Shown here piece by piece: positions 28,832-39,617 of a DNA stretch of 64,000 nt (positions are counted from its first letter, which is position 1; the number at the start of each line of letters is the position of its first letter). Location of the stretch: contig JAGVFR010000001.1 of assembly GCA_020057555.1 (NCBI GenBank), forward strand, positions 3,062-67,061, in the 5' to 3' direction. The stretch comes from a bacterium. Its GTDB lineage: Bacteria > Patescibacteriota > Patescibacteriia > UBA9934 > GWF2-40-263. The notes beneath the pieces were generated by a model. It was not told the DNA's origin. It saw only the letters and a program-made list of their open reading frames with translations, and searched no databases. The position numbers and the translations under genes are program-made.

Positions 28832-30637
28832 TCATGAAAAAGCGTTTATGTCAATAAGAAAATGATCGCCTAAGTCACCGAGTATTTTTAGAACTTCTTC
28901 AGAACGCGAAAAGGGAACTCGAATCACAAATTCCGATGTTACACGAACACCTTGTATGTTTTCGAGCTGTTGCTTCAGTGCGTTCGTTTGCAATTCACGC
29001 TTTCTATCTTCTGCTTCGCGAATCTTGATTTGTATCCATTGTTCAAACGGAGGTTGTTGAAATGATAATCTTCTTGCATTTTCTTCCGTGAACATTTTCA
29101 TAGGATCGTGAATGTATTGTTCAAAAAATTCTTGTTCTTCAGTTTGCACCACAAATTTTGCGTGATTAGCTCGCGCCAAACCCATCCATTCATAAAAATA
29201 CATTGAAGCTTGTTCGGCACTTCTAAAACTTGGTGAAAACAACGGCAGGTCAGCGTCAAGATATACCACACATTGAAAAAGATTATCTTGGGAAGGATCA
29301 AAATTATTTTCGATAAAAGCGCGTGTTGCAAGAGTTATAATTACGTCAGGATCGAAACTAATTTGTTGAGCATCTATGTGCTGTATTGAAGAAGTCGTAA
29401 ATATTTTTTTTAATATTTCAACAATTCGGCCGCTTCCAAATCCTCTAAATTCAATTTTTGACGAACGACATTGCGTGCAACGCAAAGGCAATGGATCAAT
29501 GATCTCACAACGAATGCATGTTAAAGTTTGTTCATCAACACGAACAAGATGGCCGCATCTTGAACAAACAAATACATGGCCGCAATCTTTGCAGCGCAGT
29601 CTCCATGCGTAACCTTTTTTATTTAAAATGATCAGGACATGACCTTGTTGTTCGATCGTTTCTGAAATTACCTCAATTGTTGATGATACAATTGCAACAT
29701 GTTCTGAAACAGATTTCTCAACTGATGGACGAACGAACTTTACTTTTAGTTCAGAATTGAATAACAAAATATTTTCTTCCTTAAATCTATATATGTCGTC
29801 GACTCTTGGTAATACATCGAAAAAAAATAGTTGCGTTGTAAACTTTTGCGAAAATAAATATACTACTTCTCTTGCGTCGATTCTTGGATTGCGTCTGTGT
29901 TCGACATGATTTTGATGTCCTGATCTCACAACGATGACAGTGGTTGTAGGAGCGTCACAAAAAAATATTCCTGCGCGCGTTGTTATAAGTAGACCGGTTG
30001 GATTTTCCCTGTAAGATTTCCAAGCTGAATATCTTTCATCATTTGATTCTTCTCCTGTAACACAAAGTGGTGAAAAAGATCCAAGATACTTTGATACTAT
30101 TCTTGCGTCACGAACATTCGGACACAGAATTGCAATTTTCTGTTTTGGTTTTTCATATAAAAATCTGGCAATGATTGCACAAGTACGCCTAAGATCGAAA
30201 GCTTGAACAAATCCGATGCGTCTTTCTGTCATTGCGTTTGCCAGCCTAACGATTGTTGCGCTTTCTTGATTTGGGACTGTAAGAGTAGTAACAGGCAGGT
30301 TGTTTTCTGTTTTTTCAGAGTTTGATTTTTTTGGGCGAGGGAATGCAGTATAAAGAAGAGTAGAAACTGATTGAGAAATTGATTTCGAAACTGATTCAAA
30401 AAATGAGAGTTCTTCATCTCTCAATTTGATTTCCTCGAAAACAGATAAAACATTTTTAAGGATGATCCCTCTCAACGCTTGTTCTTTAACTCGTTTAACA
30501 ATTCCCAAACACTGACTTGACCTAAAGGGAATTAAAACAAATTGTCCGCGCTCGAGTGATATTTCGTTCGGAACGGAATAGTCAAAGTGACTAAATTTTC
30601 GCGGCATTCGTCTAAGTGGATAAATTTCCGCGATCAT
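28832..30637 (-). CDS. priA: Primosomal protein N' (PriA)-like, degenerate helicase motifs
   Basis: N-terminal FDYSVP..GQFVLIPF 3'-binding domain; LNKKGY followed by 8-Cys zinc region; upstream of def-fmt. Confidence 0.85.
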   Translation of the reverse strand: MIAEIYPLRRMPRKFSHFDYSVPNEISLERGQFVLIPFRSSQCLGIVKRVKEQALRGIILKNVLSVFEEIKLRDEELSFFESVSKSISQSVSTLLYTAFPRPKKSNSEKTENNLPVTTLTVPNQESATIVRLANAMTERRIGFVQAFDLRRTCAIIARFLYEKPKQKIAILCPNVRDARIVSKYLGSFSPLCVTGEESNDERYSAWKSYRENPTGLLITTRAGIFFCDAPTTTVIVVRSGHQNHVEHRRNPRIDAREVVYLFSQKFTTQLFFFDVLPRVDDIYRFKEENILLFNSELKVKFVRPSVEKSVSEHVAIVSSTIEVISETIEQQGHVLIILNKKGYAWRLRCKDCGHVFVCSRCGHLVRVDEQTLTCIRCEIIDPLPLRCTQCRSSKIEFRGFGSGRIVEILKKIFTTSSIQHIDAQQISFDPDVIITLATRAFIENNFDPSQDNLFQCVVYLDADLPLFSPSFRSAEQASMYFYEWMGLARANHAKFVVQTEEQEFFEQYIHDPMKMFTEENARRLSFQQPPFEQWIQIKIREAEDRKRELQTNALKQQLENIQGVRVTSEFVIRVPFSRSEEVLKILGDLGDHFLIDINAFS

Positions 30638-31422
30638 AAAATGTGGAATTGCGCGACCAAATATCCAACTCCAAACGGTGCTTCGTAAGACAGATTCTCT
30701 GCACGAACTTTTAGTTGATCAATAATTCCAAAAAGTATCAGCATTGGCCTAAGCGCGCATTCAGATGCTTTTTCAAGACGCTCTTCATCAAATGAAAGTA
30801 ACTTTGAAATTGATTTATGTTCAATGGCACGAAGAATCATATCATCGAATTCTTTTCCTTCTTCATGAAATCCCATTGGAGCATCGCTTGAAAGACTATG
30901 AGACAAATCGCCTGATGCAATGACCGCAATTCTTTTGTGGCTTTGTTGAATCATTTCGTTTAAAAGGCGACCAAAAGCAACATGTTGTTTGCGATCTGTT
31001 CCACTGTACGAAATTGGAACAAGTCGTGGCTTAATTTCATCGTTAAGAAGAAAAAGAGGAACACCACATCCATAATCTAGCGACGCATGTGATTCAAGCA
31101 CAAAAGAAATTGATTGTTTTCGTGCTTCACTTTGAATAGCAGAAATGAGTTCTAGATCAGGAACAAATTCCATTGATGTTGAAAGATCGCCGAATTCATG
31201 AAATTCAACAACATACTGGTTGTGAAGATTCAATGTAAAAGCTTTTTCGTGCATGAAGCTGTGAGAAGAAACAACTAAAATTATATCAGGTTGACTTAAT
31301 TTTAATTCGTCTGATAATTTTTTCATTGCCTCTCGTGTTTGAGTCAATTGTTTTATGTTTTCTTTTCCAATTGAATCTATAAGAAGAGGGGAATGTGGTG
31401 TGAATGCCGCAAAGCAAATCAT
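30634..31422 (-). CDS. LigB/MEMO1-family (class III extradiol dioxygenase-like, AmmeMemoRadiSam-type) protein
   Basis: PHSP, LDYG..VPL, IASGDLSH, ECALR, SYEAPFGVGY; start moved to ATG 31422. Confidence 0.85.
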   Translation of the reverse strand: MICFAAFTPHSPLLIDSIGKENIKQLTQTREAMKKLSDELKLSQPDIILVVSSHSFMHEKAFTLNLHNQYVVEFHEFGDLSTSMEFVPDLELISAIQSEARKQSISFVLESHASLDYGCGVPLFLLNDEIKPRLVPISYSGTDRKQHVAFGRLLNEMIQQSHKRIAVIASGDLSHSLSSDAPMGFHEEGKEFDDMILRAIEHKSISKLLSFDEERLEKASECALRPMLILFGIIDQLKVRAENLSYEAPFGVGYLVAQFHIL

Positions 31423-31423
31423 A

Positions 31424-32857
31424 TTATCTGGTGGCGATATTAACGTCGGAAGAAGTATCAATTGAAGTGTCAATAGGTTCGGCTAATGAATGCAAGAGGA
31501 TCGATCTCTCATTTGTCCAAATTATTTGATTCCAATTCCATCCAAATGTTTTAAACGTTGCCTCGTCTTGTATGTGATGTCGAGTTCCATTTGAAATTAC
31601 ATAAATCTCTGGAGACTCTCGCATTGCAATGAGTGTTCCATCCTGAAACAATACCGGATCGACTGTCTCATACGAATTCAAGTCTTCAGGTTTCACTTGT
31701 GTAATTGTTGAAGAGGGAAAATTTGCTAGTAAAATTTCCTTTGACATTATCGGATGTTTATTTCCATTTTCGACGAAGAATACACCACCTGTTTTGTTAT
31801 TTTGAAGTAGTGTTCCTTTTGGATAAACGGAAGCGGTGTCAATTGGTTCTCCTTCTTCATAAGCATCTAGATCTTCCCATGCAACATCAGTAATCTCATC
31901 TGGTGAAAAACCAAGTGCACGGAATGCTTCTTGTGATTTAAATCCACGACGGAAATCGTCAACGATCAAATATACCGTTCCTCTTGGAGATCTTAACAGA
32001 GAATAGTTTGGAAATTGAATTGGAGCGCCGATTTCATATATTTCAAGAATACTTGGACCAACTTGAATAACGTTGTTTTGATTGAATCTTGATAGAAATG
32101 CCGCTTTGGATGTTATTGGTCTTCGAACCCCGTTTTGAATAAGCCAAATTCCACCAGTTGTTTTATCTTGAAGAAGAGAACCGTCAACATGACGATTGTT
32201 AAACCACCTATCCCAAATCTTTGCAAAATTTTGGTTACCATTTATGTGTGGTGTATAGGTGTATAAAACTGAAGTTGCAAAATTTTCTGGAATTATCTCA
32301 ACACCATCAATAACAACTTCTATTCCAGGGCCGATTCCACTTTCTGTAAATCCTCTACTTTCAAGATCTGAAAGATATGATTCGCGAATTCGTTTTGTGG
32401 CATAATAAATTTGGTTTGCAAATCCACTAAACTTTTGTAAAAGAGGATCTGTTTTTGAACACGAATCACAAATTGCATATCCCATTGCCCAATTGAGTTG
32501 ATCACTTGAAGGATTGGGATCTTCAATCAAACTTTGTTCACGTTGTAAAAGAACTGTTATAAATCGAGGATTGAGAGAAAATTTTTGCGCGTAATCCCAA
32601 ATTATTTCTGTTGCATTTTTTTGAATTCCGGAAACATCCTTAAACGACATACTGTTAAGAGCGCCTCTCGAAAGTAAGGATTCAAGTTCTGTTTTCGTTG
32701 TCGCAAATGTATCCAACATTTGATCATCAGAAGCTAAATAATCTAAATCAATTTCTGTTGAGGAATTAATTTCTGAAGCAAAAATACCCTGCGGTAAAGC
32801 AAGGATAATTATAATCAAAATAAGGATATTTTTACGTACAAAATCTGGCAATCGCAT
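31424..32857 (-). CDS. Secreted protein: putative cell-wall-acting N-terminal domain plus four C-terminal beta repeats
   Basis: Signal peptide; LLQREQSL, AMGYAICDSC, GFANQ, LYTYTPH; four G(S/T)LL...(V/I)(Y/W/F).I.NG.R..I-type repeats. Confidence 0.6.
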   Translation of the reverse strand: MRLPDFVRKNILILIIIILALPQGIFASEINSSTEIDLDYLASDDQMLDTFATTKTELESLLSRGALNSMSFKDVSGIQKNATEIIWDYAQKFSLNPRFITVLLQREQSLIEDPNPSSDQLNWAMGYAICDSCSKTDPLLQKFSGFANQIYYATKRIRESYLSDLESRGFTESGIGPGIEVVIDGVEIIPENFATSVLYTYTPHINGNQNFAKIWDRWFNNRHVDGSLLQDKTTGGIWLIQNGVRRPITSKAAFLSRFNQNNVIQVGPSILEIYEIGAPIQFPNYSLLRSPRGTVYLIVDDFRRGFKSQEAFRALGFSPDEITDVAWEDLDAYEEGEPIDTASVYPKGTLLQNNKTGGVFFVENGNKHPIMSKEILLANFPSSTITQVKPEDLNSYETVDPVLFQDGTLIAMRESPEIYVISNGTRHHIQDEATFKTFGWNWNQIIWTNERSILLHSLAEPIDTSIDTSSDVNIATR

Positions 32858-32872
32858 GACCCTATAATAACG

Positions 32873-35554
32873 CTAAGCAGAGGTTTTGGCCAGTTTTCTT
32901 TCTTTTCTAACTTCTTTTTGAATATTGATCTCGCCATTTGCCACAGATACCGAAACCTTTGATCCTTCTGAAATTTCACCTTTAACAATTTCAAGAGCAA
33001 GAGGATCTAGAATTAAGGACTGGATCACACGTTTGAGTGGTCTCGCGCCATAAGATGGATCAAAACCACGCTCTACCAATAAATCTTTTACAGAGGGCGC
33101 TATTGAGATATTTATTGAACGTTGTTTTTGTAAACGGTGAAAAACAATTTGCAATTGTCGTTCAACAATTTCTCCAATTTGTTTTTGTGAAAGAGAATGA
33201 AATACAATAATATCATCAACACGATTCAAAAATTCCGGTCTGAAATGATCCTTCAAGAGTCCCATTATTCTTTCTTTCATTTCATCATCTTCATTTGTTT
33301 CAGAACGATTTGTTTCAAAACCCATGTGCTCTTTTGATGTTCCTGAACTCAAGATCATGTCAGAACCGATATTGCTTGTCATGATGATTATCGTGTTTTT
33401 GAAATTTACAACACGACCCTTTGCATCAGTAAGTCTTCCTTCGTCCAAAATCTGCAAAAGCAAATTGAACGTATCTGGATGTGCTTTTTCAATTTCATCA
33501 AACAAGACAACACTATAAGGTTTTCTTCGGATCATTTCAGTTAGCTGACCGCCTTCTTCATATCCAACATACCCAGGAGGTGAACCAATCATTTTTGCTG
33601 TCCCGTGTTTTTCCATGTATTCAGACATGTCCAAACGAATAAGCGAAGTTTCATCATTAAACAAGAATGAGGCCAAAGCTCGAGCCAACTCTGTTTTCCC
33701 AACGCCTGTAGGCCCAAGGAAGATAAAAGACCCGATTGGGCGGCTTTCTTCGCCAATTCCAGCTCTGGAACGCCTTAAAGCGTTTGAAACAGCGCTAATA
33801 GCCTCTTGTTGCCCCACAACACGCTTTGAAAGCTCATCCTCCATTCTGGAAAGCTTCTCCATTTCGGATTCAAGCATTTTTGAAACAGGGATATGCGTCC
33901 ATCTTGAAACAACAATAGCGACATCTTCTTCACCAATAACTTCCTTTAACAACCCGCGCTCTTTTTGAAGTTTGGAGAGTTGATGTTCAGTGTCTTTTAA
34001 ACGTTTTTCTTCGGCTGGCATTTTTGAATAGCGAATCTCCGCGACTTTTTCCAAATCACCCTTACGCTCTTCCATTTCCGCGCGTGCTCGAAGACGATCA
34101 ATGTTGGCTTTGATTTCTTGCAGTGTTGTAATTTTTTCTTTTTCATTTTTCCATCGTCCTTCAAGTGCGCCGGCTTGCTCTTGCAAATCAGCCAACTGTT
34201 TTTCAATTTCTTTTAATCGTTTTTTAGATTCCTTGTCTTCTTCTTTTTGAAGTGCGCGTTGTTCGATTTCTAAACGCATGATATCGCGTTTTAGCACATC
34301 AAGTTCTTCTGGCATTGAATCAATTTGCATGCGAAGTGCCGAAGCCGCTTCATCAATTAAATCAACAGCCTTGTCAGGCAAGTGACGTTCTGTAATATAT
34401 CGAGCTGAAAGTTGAGCGGCCGCAAGAATCGCCGCATCAGAAATTCGAACTCCATGATGGACTTCGTATTTTTCTTTTATTCCACGCAAGATGGCGATTG
34501 TGTCATCAATTGAAGGTTCATCAACAATCACTGGCTGAAATCTTCGTTCAAGCGCTGGATCTCTTTCAATATATTTTTGGTATTCTTTTAAAGTTGTTGC
34601 TCCAACCGCACGCAATTTTCCTCGAGCAAGAGCTGGCTTGAGCATGTTTGAAGCATCAAGAGATCCACCTTCCGTTGTCCCAGTTCCAACTAAAGTATGT
34701 AGCTCATCAATAAACAAAATTATTTTTCCGGCTGAATTTTCTATTTCTTTAATTACAGCTTTCAAACGATCTTCAAACTCGCCTCTGAATTTTGTTCCTG
34801 CAACCATTGCGCCAATATCAAGCATAAACACGGATTTGTCTTTGAGTAATTCTGGAACATCACCTGAAACGATTCGCTGTGCAAGACCTTCGACAATTGC
34901 TGTTTTTCCGACTCCAGCTTCACCAATCAAAACAGGATTATTTTTTGTTCTACGTGAAAGAACCTGCATGATGCGACGGATTTCATTATCACGTCCAATG
35001 ATTGGATCAAGCTCGCCAGCACGAGCTGATTCAGTTAAATCAATTCCGTATTTTTGCAAAACTTGATATCTGGATTCCGGTTCTTGTGTGTCAACACGTT
35101 GAGAGCCACGTATATCTTTTAACGCGTGCATGACCGATTCCTCATTGATTTTATAATTCAAAAGCAGACGCGCAATCGCTTTGTTTGATAAAAGTCCAAG
35201 TAGTAAATGTTCGGTTGAAATGTAATCGTCCTTAAACTGTTTTGATAATTTATGAGCACTAGCCAAAACATTTGCCATTTGTTGGCTCATATAAATTTGA
35301 GCCATTCCGCCATGACTTGGCATTGCTTCTTTTGAAGATGGAAGAGAATTCAAAATTTCATCAACTTCATGCTGAAGCTCTTCTTTCATTTGTGTCACTT
35401 TGTCAATCACTGCTGATATAACTCCGTCATCTTGAGTGAGGAGCGAAGCAAGAAGATGGATCGGTTCAAGCGCTTGCTGACCTCTTTCAACAGCTATGTT
35501 ATGAGCGCGTTGTAAAGCCTCTTGAGATTTTAAGGTAAAATTATTTGGAAGCAT
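32873..35554 (-). CDS. clpB: Chaperone ClpB
   Basis: 893 aa, two AAA+ modules ([16 protein letters not shown]), long coiled-coil M domain, GARPLKR. Confidence 0.97.
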   Translation of the reverse strand: MLPNNFTLKSQEALQRAHNIAVERGQQALEPIHLLASLLTQDDGVISAVIDKVTQMKEELQHEVDEILNSLPSSKEAMPSHGGMAQIYMSQQMANVLASAHKLSKQFKDDYISTEHLLLGLLSNKAIARLLLNYKINEESVMHALKDIRGSQRVDTQEPESRYQVLQKYGIDLTESARAGELDPIIGRDNEIRRIMQVLSRRTKNNPVLIGEAGVGKTAIVEGLAQRIVSGDVPELLKDKSVFMLDIGAMVAGTKFRGEFEDRLKAVIKEIENSAGKIILFIDELHTLVGTGTTEGGSLDASNMLKPALARGKLRAVGATTLKEYQKYIERDPALERRFQPVIVDEPSIDDTIAILRGIKEKYEVHHGVRISDAAILAAAQLSARYITERHLPDKAVDLIDEAASALRMQIDSMPEELDVLKRDIMRLEIEQRALQKEEDKESKKRLKEIEKQLADLQEQAGALEGRWKNEKEKITTLQEIKANIDRLRARAEMEERKGDLEKVAEIRYSKMPAEEKRLKDTEHQLSKLQKERGLLKEVIGEEDVAIVVSRWTHIPVSKMLESEMEKLSRMEDELSKRVVGQQEAISAVSNALRRSRAGIGEESRPIGSFIFLGPTGVGKTELARALASFLFNDETSLIRLDMSEYMEKHGTAKMIGSPPGYVGYEEGGQLTEMIRRKPYSVVLFDEIEKAHPDTFNLLLQILDEGRLTDAKGRVVNFKNTIIIMTSNIGSDMILSSGTSKEHMGFETNRSETNEDDEMKERIMGLLKDHFRPEFLNRVDDIIVFHSLSQKQIGEIVERQLQIVFHRLQKQRSINISIAPSVKDLLVERGFDPSYGARPLKRVIQSLILDPLALEIVKGEISEGSKVSVSVANGEINIQKEVRKERKLAKTSA

Positions 35555-35557
35555 ATT

Positions 35558-35598
35558 TTGGCACTCATCATGCTAGAGTGCTAATGGTGGTTTGTCAA
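35558..35598 (-). promoter_or_regulatory. CIRCE operator (HrcA) overlapping the sigma70 promoter of clpB
   Basis: Minus strand TTAGCACTC-TAGCATGAT-GAGTGCCAA (35584-35558); TTGACA (35598-35593), 17 nt, TAGCAT. Confidence 0.92.
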
Positions 35599-35678
35599 AT
35601 CGCTCGCTTGAAGGATTTTTTATATAAATCATGTAATATAGAACAATAATAACATTCGAAGCGGAAACAAGATAGATT

Positions 35679-36476
35679 ATGAGTGAAAAACATAAAATTT
35701 TCGGAGTAGCTTTTGATGATATTTCAACAAATGAAATGACTGATTTGTTTTTGAAATGGCTAAACGGATCGCAGGGAAAAATTATCTTCACACCAAACCC
35801 TGAATTTTTATTAAAAACACGAGTTGATTCAGGTTTTGGAAACTTGTTGAACCAGAGCGATCTTTCACTTGCTGATGGTATTGGCGTAAAATTTGCGATT
35901 GTCGCACTCACAGACAAACGACTTAAACATCGTCATACAGGTGTTGATACACTTGTTCAATTAGCAGAGATTTGTTCAAAGACAAACAAAAAATTGGTTT
36001 TATTGGGTGGAAAAAATTCTGTATCACAATCCGCCGCAGACGCACTAAGAAAACAATTTCCAAATCTTCAAGTTCAATCAATCGACCTTGGTTTTATTTT
36101 AGGAAATTCAGAAACTGTTTCAATTTCAGATGAACTAATCAATGAGATAAATAAATTTTCACCAAACGTGCTCGCTGTTGCATTATCTTTTGGAAAACAG
36201 GAAAGGTTTATTTTTAAAATCAGCAAACAAATCCCCTCTTTAAACATTGTAATTGGAGTTGGCGGGGCGCTTGATACAATTTCTGGCAGTCTTAAACGAG
36301 CGCCACTTTGGATGCGCAAAAATGGGCTTGAATGGCTTTGGAGAGTTATAATTGAACCAAGACGTATTGTAAGAATTTTTAGAGCAACAATCGTCTTTCC
36401 GTTATTTGTGGTTTGGGATACACTTAAACATCAGAGGTTTTGGAAAGCTGTGATAAAAGTAGTAGTAAGTAGCTAG
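35679..36476 (+). CDS. WecB/TagA/CpsF-family glycosyltransferase
   Basis: TPNPE, ADGIG, TGVD, KQE, GVGGALD...KRAP..GLEWLWR...EPRR. Confidence 0.93.
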   Translation: MSEKHKIFGVAFDDISTNEMTDLFLKWLNGSQGKIIFTPNPEFLLKTRVDSGFGNLLNQSDLSLADGIGVKFAIVALTDKRLKHRHTGVDTLVQLAEICSKTNKKLVLLGGKNSVSQSAADALRKQFPNLQVQSIDLGFILGNSETVSISDELINEINKFSPNVLAVALSFGKQERFIFKISKQIPSLNIVIGVGGALDTISGSLKRAPLWMRKNGLEWLWRVIIEPRRIVRIFRATIVFPLFVVWDTLKHQRFWKAVIKVVVSS

Positions 36477-36485
36477 TAGCAGGTA
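36458..36485. repeat. AGTAG heptamer tract spanning stop codon
   Basis: AGTAGTAGTAAGTAGCTAGTAGCAGGTA; same unit as 3937-3969. Confidence 0.65.
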
Positions 36486-36495
36486 TATTCGCTTT

Positions 36496-37953
36496 ATGAA
36501 CATCAAGACTCGTTTTCCGCCGTCTCCAACAGGATATCTTCATGTCGGATCGCTTCGAACAGCGCTATATAATTATTTTTACGCAAAAAAACACAACGGC
36601 ACATTTCTTTTGCGAATTGAGGATACTGATCGAGAGCGATATGTTGCAGGTGCTGTTGAGTCACTTATCGGGACTCTCGATCGAATGAAAATTGATTATG
36701 ATGAAGGTCCTGTGATGAAGAATGGGAAGATTGTTGAAAAGGGAGGTAATGGTCCTTATGCGCAATCTGCACGTCTTGAAATTTATAAAAAGTATGCAAA
36801 GCAACTGGTTGATTCAGGTTATGCATATCATTGTTTTTGTTCAAAAGAACGTCTTTCTGAATTGCGTGAACAACAACAAGAGATTAAACAAACAACAAAA
36901 TACGATCGTGCATGCTTAAAGTTGTCTTCTGAAGAAATTAAAACAAAATTAGAGTCTGGTGAGTCGAATGTTATACGAATGAAAATTCCAGAAGGGAAGA
37001 CAACTTTTCATGATGAAATTCGAGGTGATATAACAATCGAGAACCAAGAAAATGATGATCAAGTACTTCTCAAAGCAGATGGTTTCCCTACTTATCATTT
37101 AGCTGTTGTTGTTGACGACCATCTGATGGGCGTGACTCACGTCATTCGTGGGGAAGAATGGATTTCATCTGTTCCAAAACACGTCATGCTTTACACATGG
37201 TTTGGTTTTCCTCTTCCTACATTTGCTCATCTTCCATTGATTCTAAATACTGACAAATCAAAACTTTCAAAACGACAAGGAGATGTTGCTGTTGAAGATT
37301 ATTTTGCGAAAGGATTTTTAGAAGAGGCGCTTGAAAATTTTGTTTCACTTCTTGGTTATAATCCAACAGCTGATAGAGAAATATATACACGCGAAGAATT
37401 TATTGAACACTTTGAACTTACAAAAATTAACAAAAGTGGAGCGGTTTTTGATGTCAATAAACTCCTGTGGATGAATGGTCAGTACATAAAAATGCTTTCA
37501 GATGAAACTTTTGTCGCTAAAGTTAAGCCCTTTTTGAAAGGGGAAGTTGAGGACGATATTTTGCGACGCATCTGCGTGATTGAAAAAACAAGAATAAATT
37601 TATTATCGGAAATTACAACAGTAATCGACTCCTATCAATCAATAACGAATTTCTCGAAAGAAATGTTAGTATGGAAAAAATCAGACAGTGAAGACGCAAA
37701 ATTACAATTAAAAAATATTTTTGAATTTATATCTTCACTTGATGACTCGGTTTTCAATAACTTGGAATTGATTGAACAGGCCATTGCAGGGTATATTAAA
37801 GATAACGGACTTCAAAATGGAAATGTTTTGTGGCCGCTTCGTGTTTCACTTTCAGGAGCCGAACGATCTCCAAGCCCATTTGAATTGCTCTGGGTGCTTC
37901 AAAAACAAGAATCGATGAAACGTATTGAACATGCAATCAAAATTTTTACTTAG
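36496..37953 (+). CDS. gltX: Glutamate--tRNA ligase
   Basis: RFPPSPTGYLHVG, RIEDTD, HVIRGEEW, KLSKR. Confidence 0.98.
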   Translation: MNIKTRFPPSPTGYLHVGSLRTALYNYFYAKKHNGTFLLRIEDTDRERYVAGAVESLIGTLDRMKIDYDEGPVMKNGKIVEKGGNGPYAQSARLEIYKKYAKQLVDSGYAYHCFCSKERLSELREQQQEIKQTTKYDRACLKLSSEEIKTKLESGESNVIRMKIPEGKTTFHDEIRGDITIENQENDDQVLLKADGFPTYHLAVVVDDHLMGVTHVIRGEEWISSVPKHVMLYTWFGFPLPTFAHLPLILNTDKSKLSKRQGDVAVEDYFAKGFLEEALENFVSLLGYNPTADREIYTREEFIEHFELTKINKSGAVFDVNKLLWMNGQYIKMLSDETFVAKVKPFLKGEVEDDILRRICVIEKTRINLLSEITTVIDSYQSITNFSKEMLVWKKSDSEDAKLQLKNIFEFISSLDDSVFNNLELIEQAIAGYIKDNGLQNGNVLWPLRVSLSGAERSPSPFELLWVLQKQESMKRIEHAIKIFT

Positions 37954-39121
37954 TGCGTTTGTTATACTTTTTACATTGCAACCCGCAGGATTGCTAGTTT
38001 TTGCGCAGGAAGGTACTGATTCATCCGAAATTAACGTTCTTAACGATAAGATTTCGGAAAAGAAACAAAGTATCGACCTAATTAGTGACCGAATTGAAGA
38101 GTATAAGAAAAAGATCGAACAAAAACAGGCACAGAAAGCGTCGTTATCAGTTGAGCTTGATTTACTTGATAACAGAATTGCCAAAACAAAACTTGAAATT
38201 GAGGAAACCGAAGCAAGCATTGATCTTGTTAACACAGAAATATCATTGTTAAACAAGCAACTAACTTCGCTTGAACAGACTTTACAAAAAGATAGACAAC
38301 TTCTTGTCGCTGTTTTGCAAAAAATTCAAGTTAAAGATCAAGACTTGCCACTTAGACTTTTTTTTGGATCAAATTCTTTATCACAGCTATTTGATGAGGT
38401 TCAATCTCTTGAAACAATCAACCAAGACCTGAAGCAAACTCTTGAAAAAACAAAGCAGTCAAAAGAAGCCGTGCAAAATAAAAAAGAAGTTGAACAAACA
38501 AAAAAAAATCAAATGCAAGAAATGAGTCTTGCGCTTGCGCATGAAAAAGGCAAACTTGAAGATGAAGTCCAATCACAAGAGATTCTAATTACAGAAACAC
38601 AAAATTCAGAAAATCAGTTCCGTTTGCTTTTGCAACAGACAAAAGAAGAAGAACAATTTATCACGCAACAAATTTCTGCTTTGCAAAAAGAAATAGAAGG
38701 GAAGTTGAGCGCTTCAGATCAGGTAGGAGATAGTTCTTTGATGTCTTGGCCGTTTGATCCACCAAAAGGGTTGTCTGTATATTTCCATGATCCAACATAT
38801 CCATATCGTCATCTTTTTGAACACTCTGGAATTGATCTTCCAGCGCCAAAAGGAACTGGGATTGGCGCGGCCGCGCCAGGTTATGTTGCCTGGGCTAAAA
38901 AAGGACGACTATATGGAAACTATGTCATGATAATTCATTCAAATGGATTATCAACGCTTTACGCACATCTTTCTAGGATTGATGTTAAGGCTGACGAATT
39001 TGTTGCTCGAGGGCAAATTATAGGAGCAGTGGGGAGCACAGGTCTTTCAACAGGGCCGCACCTTCACTTTGAAGTACGAAAAGATGGAATTCCAACTGAT
39101 CCGCTAGCCTATCTTCAATAA
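37931..39121 (+). CDS. EnvC-like coiled-coil M23 peptidase
   Basis: Signal peptide, long coiled coil, HSGID, YGN, YAHL, STGPHLHFEVR. Confidence 0.92.
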   Translation: MQSKFLLSAFVILFTLQPAGLLVFAQEGTDSSEINVLNDKISEKKQSIDLISDRIEEYKKKIEQKQAQKASLSVELDLLDNRIAKTKLEIEETEASIDLVNTEISLLNKQLTSLEQTLQKDRQLLVAVLQKIQVKDQDLPLRLFFGSNSLSQLFDEVQSLETINQDLKQTLEKTKQSKEAVQNKKEVEQTKKNQMQEMSLALAHEKGKLEDEVQSQEILITETQNSENQFRLLLQQTKEEEQFITQQISALQKEIEGKLSASDQVGDSSLMSWPFDPPKGLSVYFHDPTYPYRHLFEHSGIDLPAPKGTGIGAAAPGYVAWAKKGRLYGNYVMIIHSNGLSTLYAHLSRIDVKADEFVARGQIIGAVGSTGLSTGPHLHFEVRKDGIPTDPLAYLQ

Positions 39122-39130
39122 ATATATTTT

Positions 39131-39334
39131 ATGTTAGAAACAATTCTTACAATTATTGGATGGTTATTTGTTCTTGGACCAACTCTTGCGTTTATATGTG
39201 TGAGTTTCTACGTTATTAAGGGTGCGATGGGGGATGATGTCGTTGTTAACGCACTTGTGCTAATAGGCCTTGCTTTCTTCTTTATGGGGGCGATTTTATT
39301 ACTTACTCTATACCTCACGAATGTGTTTGGATGA
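39131..39334 (+). CDS. Small two-TM membrane protein
   Basis: 67 aa, two hydrophobic helices, 9 nt after upstream stop. Confidence 0.65.
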   Translation: MLETILTIIGWLFVLGPTLAFICVSFYVIKGAMGDDVVVNALVLIGLAFFFMGAILLLTLYLTNVFG

Positions 39335-39341
39335 ACTGGTG

Positions 39342-39550
39342 GCGTCGCACAATAAATCTTATACGACACATAAGTTATTTTAAGCAAGAAATTGGTTTGC
39401 ATAAATTATGTGTCGTATAAGATCGTCATAGATTTTACGACTCTGAATTAGAGATCACAAAATCTGTCGTTATTACCGCTACTTATCTCACTTCATATAC
39501 TTCTCTTTCAAGATCTAATATAAGTAGTCTTTTTTTATTTTACGACACAC
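39342..39550. other. Putative tyrosine-recombinase (dif-like) site with array of TTWTACGACAC half-sites
   Basis: GCGTCGCACAA-TAAATC-TTATACGACAC (39342-39369); perfect 18-bp inverted repeat 39356-39373/39406-39423; more half-sites at 39433 and 39538. Confidence 0.55.
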
Positions 39551-39617
39551 TATAAATAATCAAACTTTTTTGTTATCCTTTGCTACTTTTTTACTCTCCT
39601 ACTTTACTACTTCACCT

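Noticed and set aside
39335-39617. Replication origin
   Set aside because: No TTATCCACA cluster and no dnaA/dnaN nearby; flanking genes converge rather than diverge.
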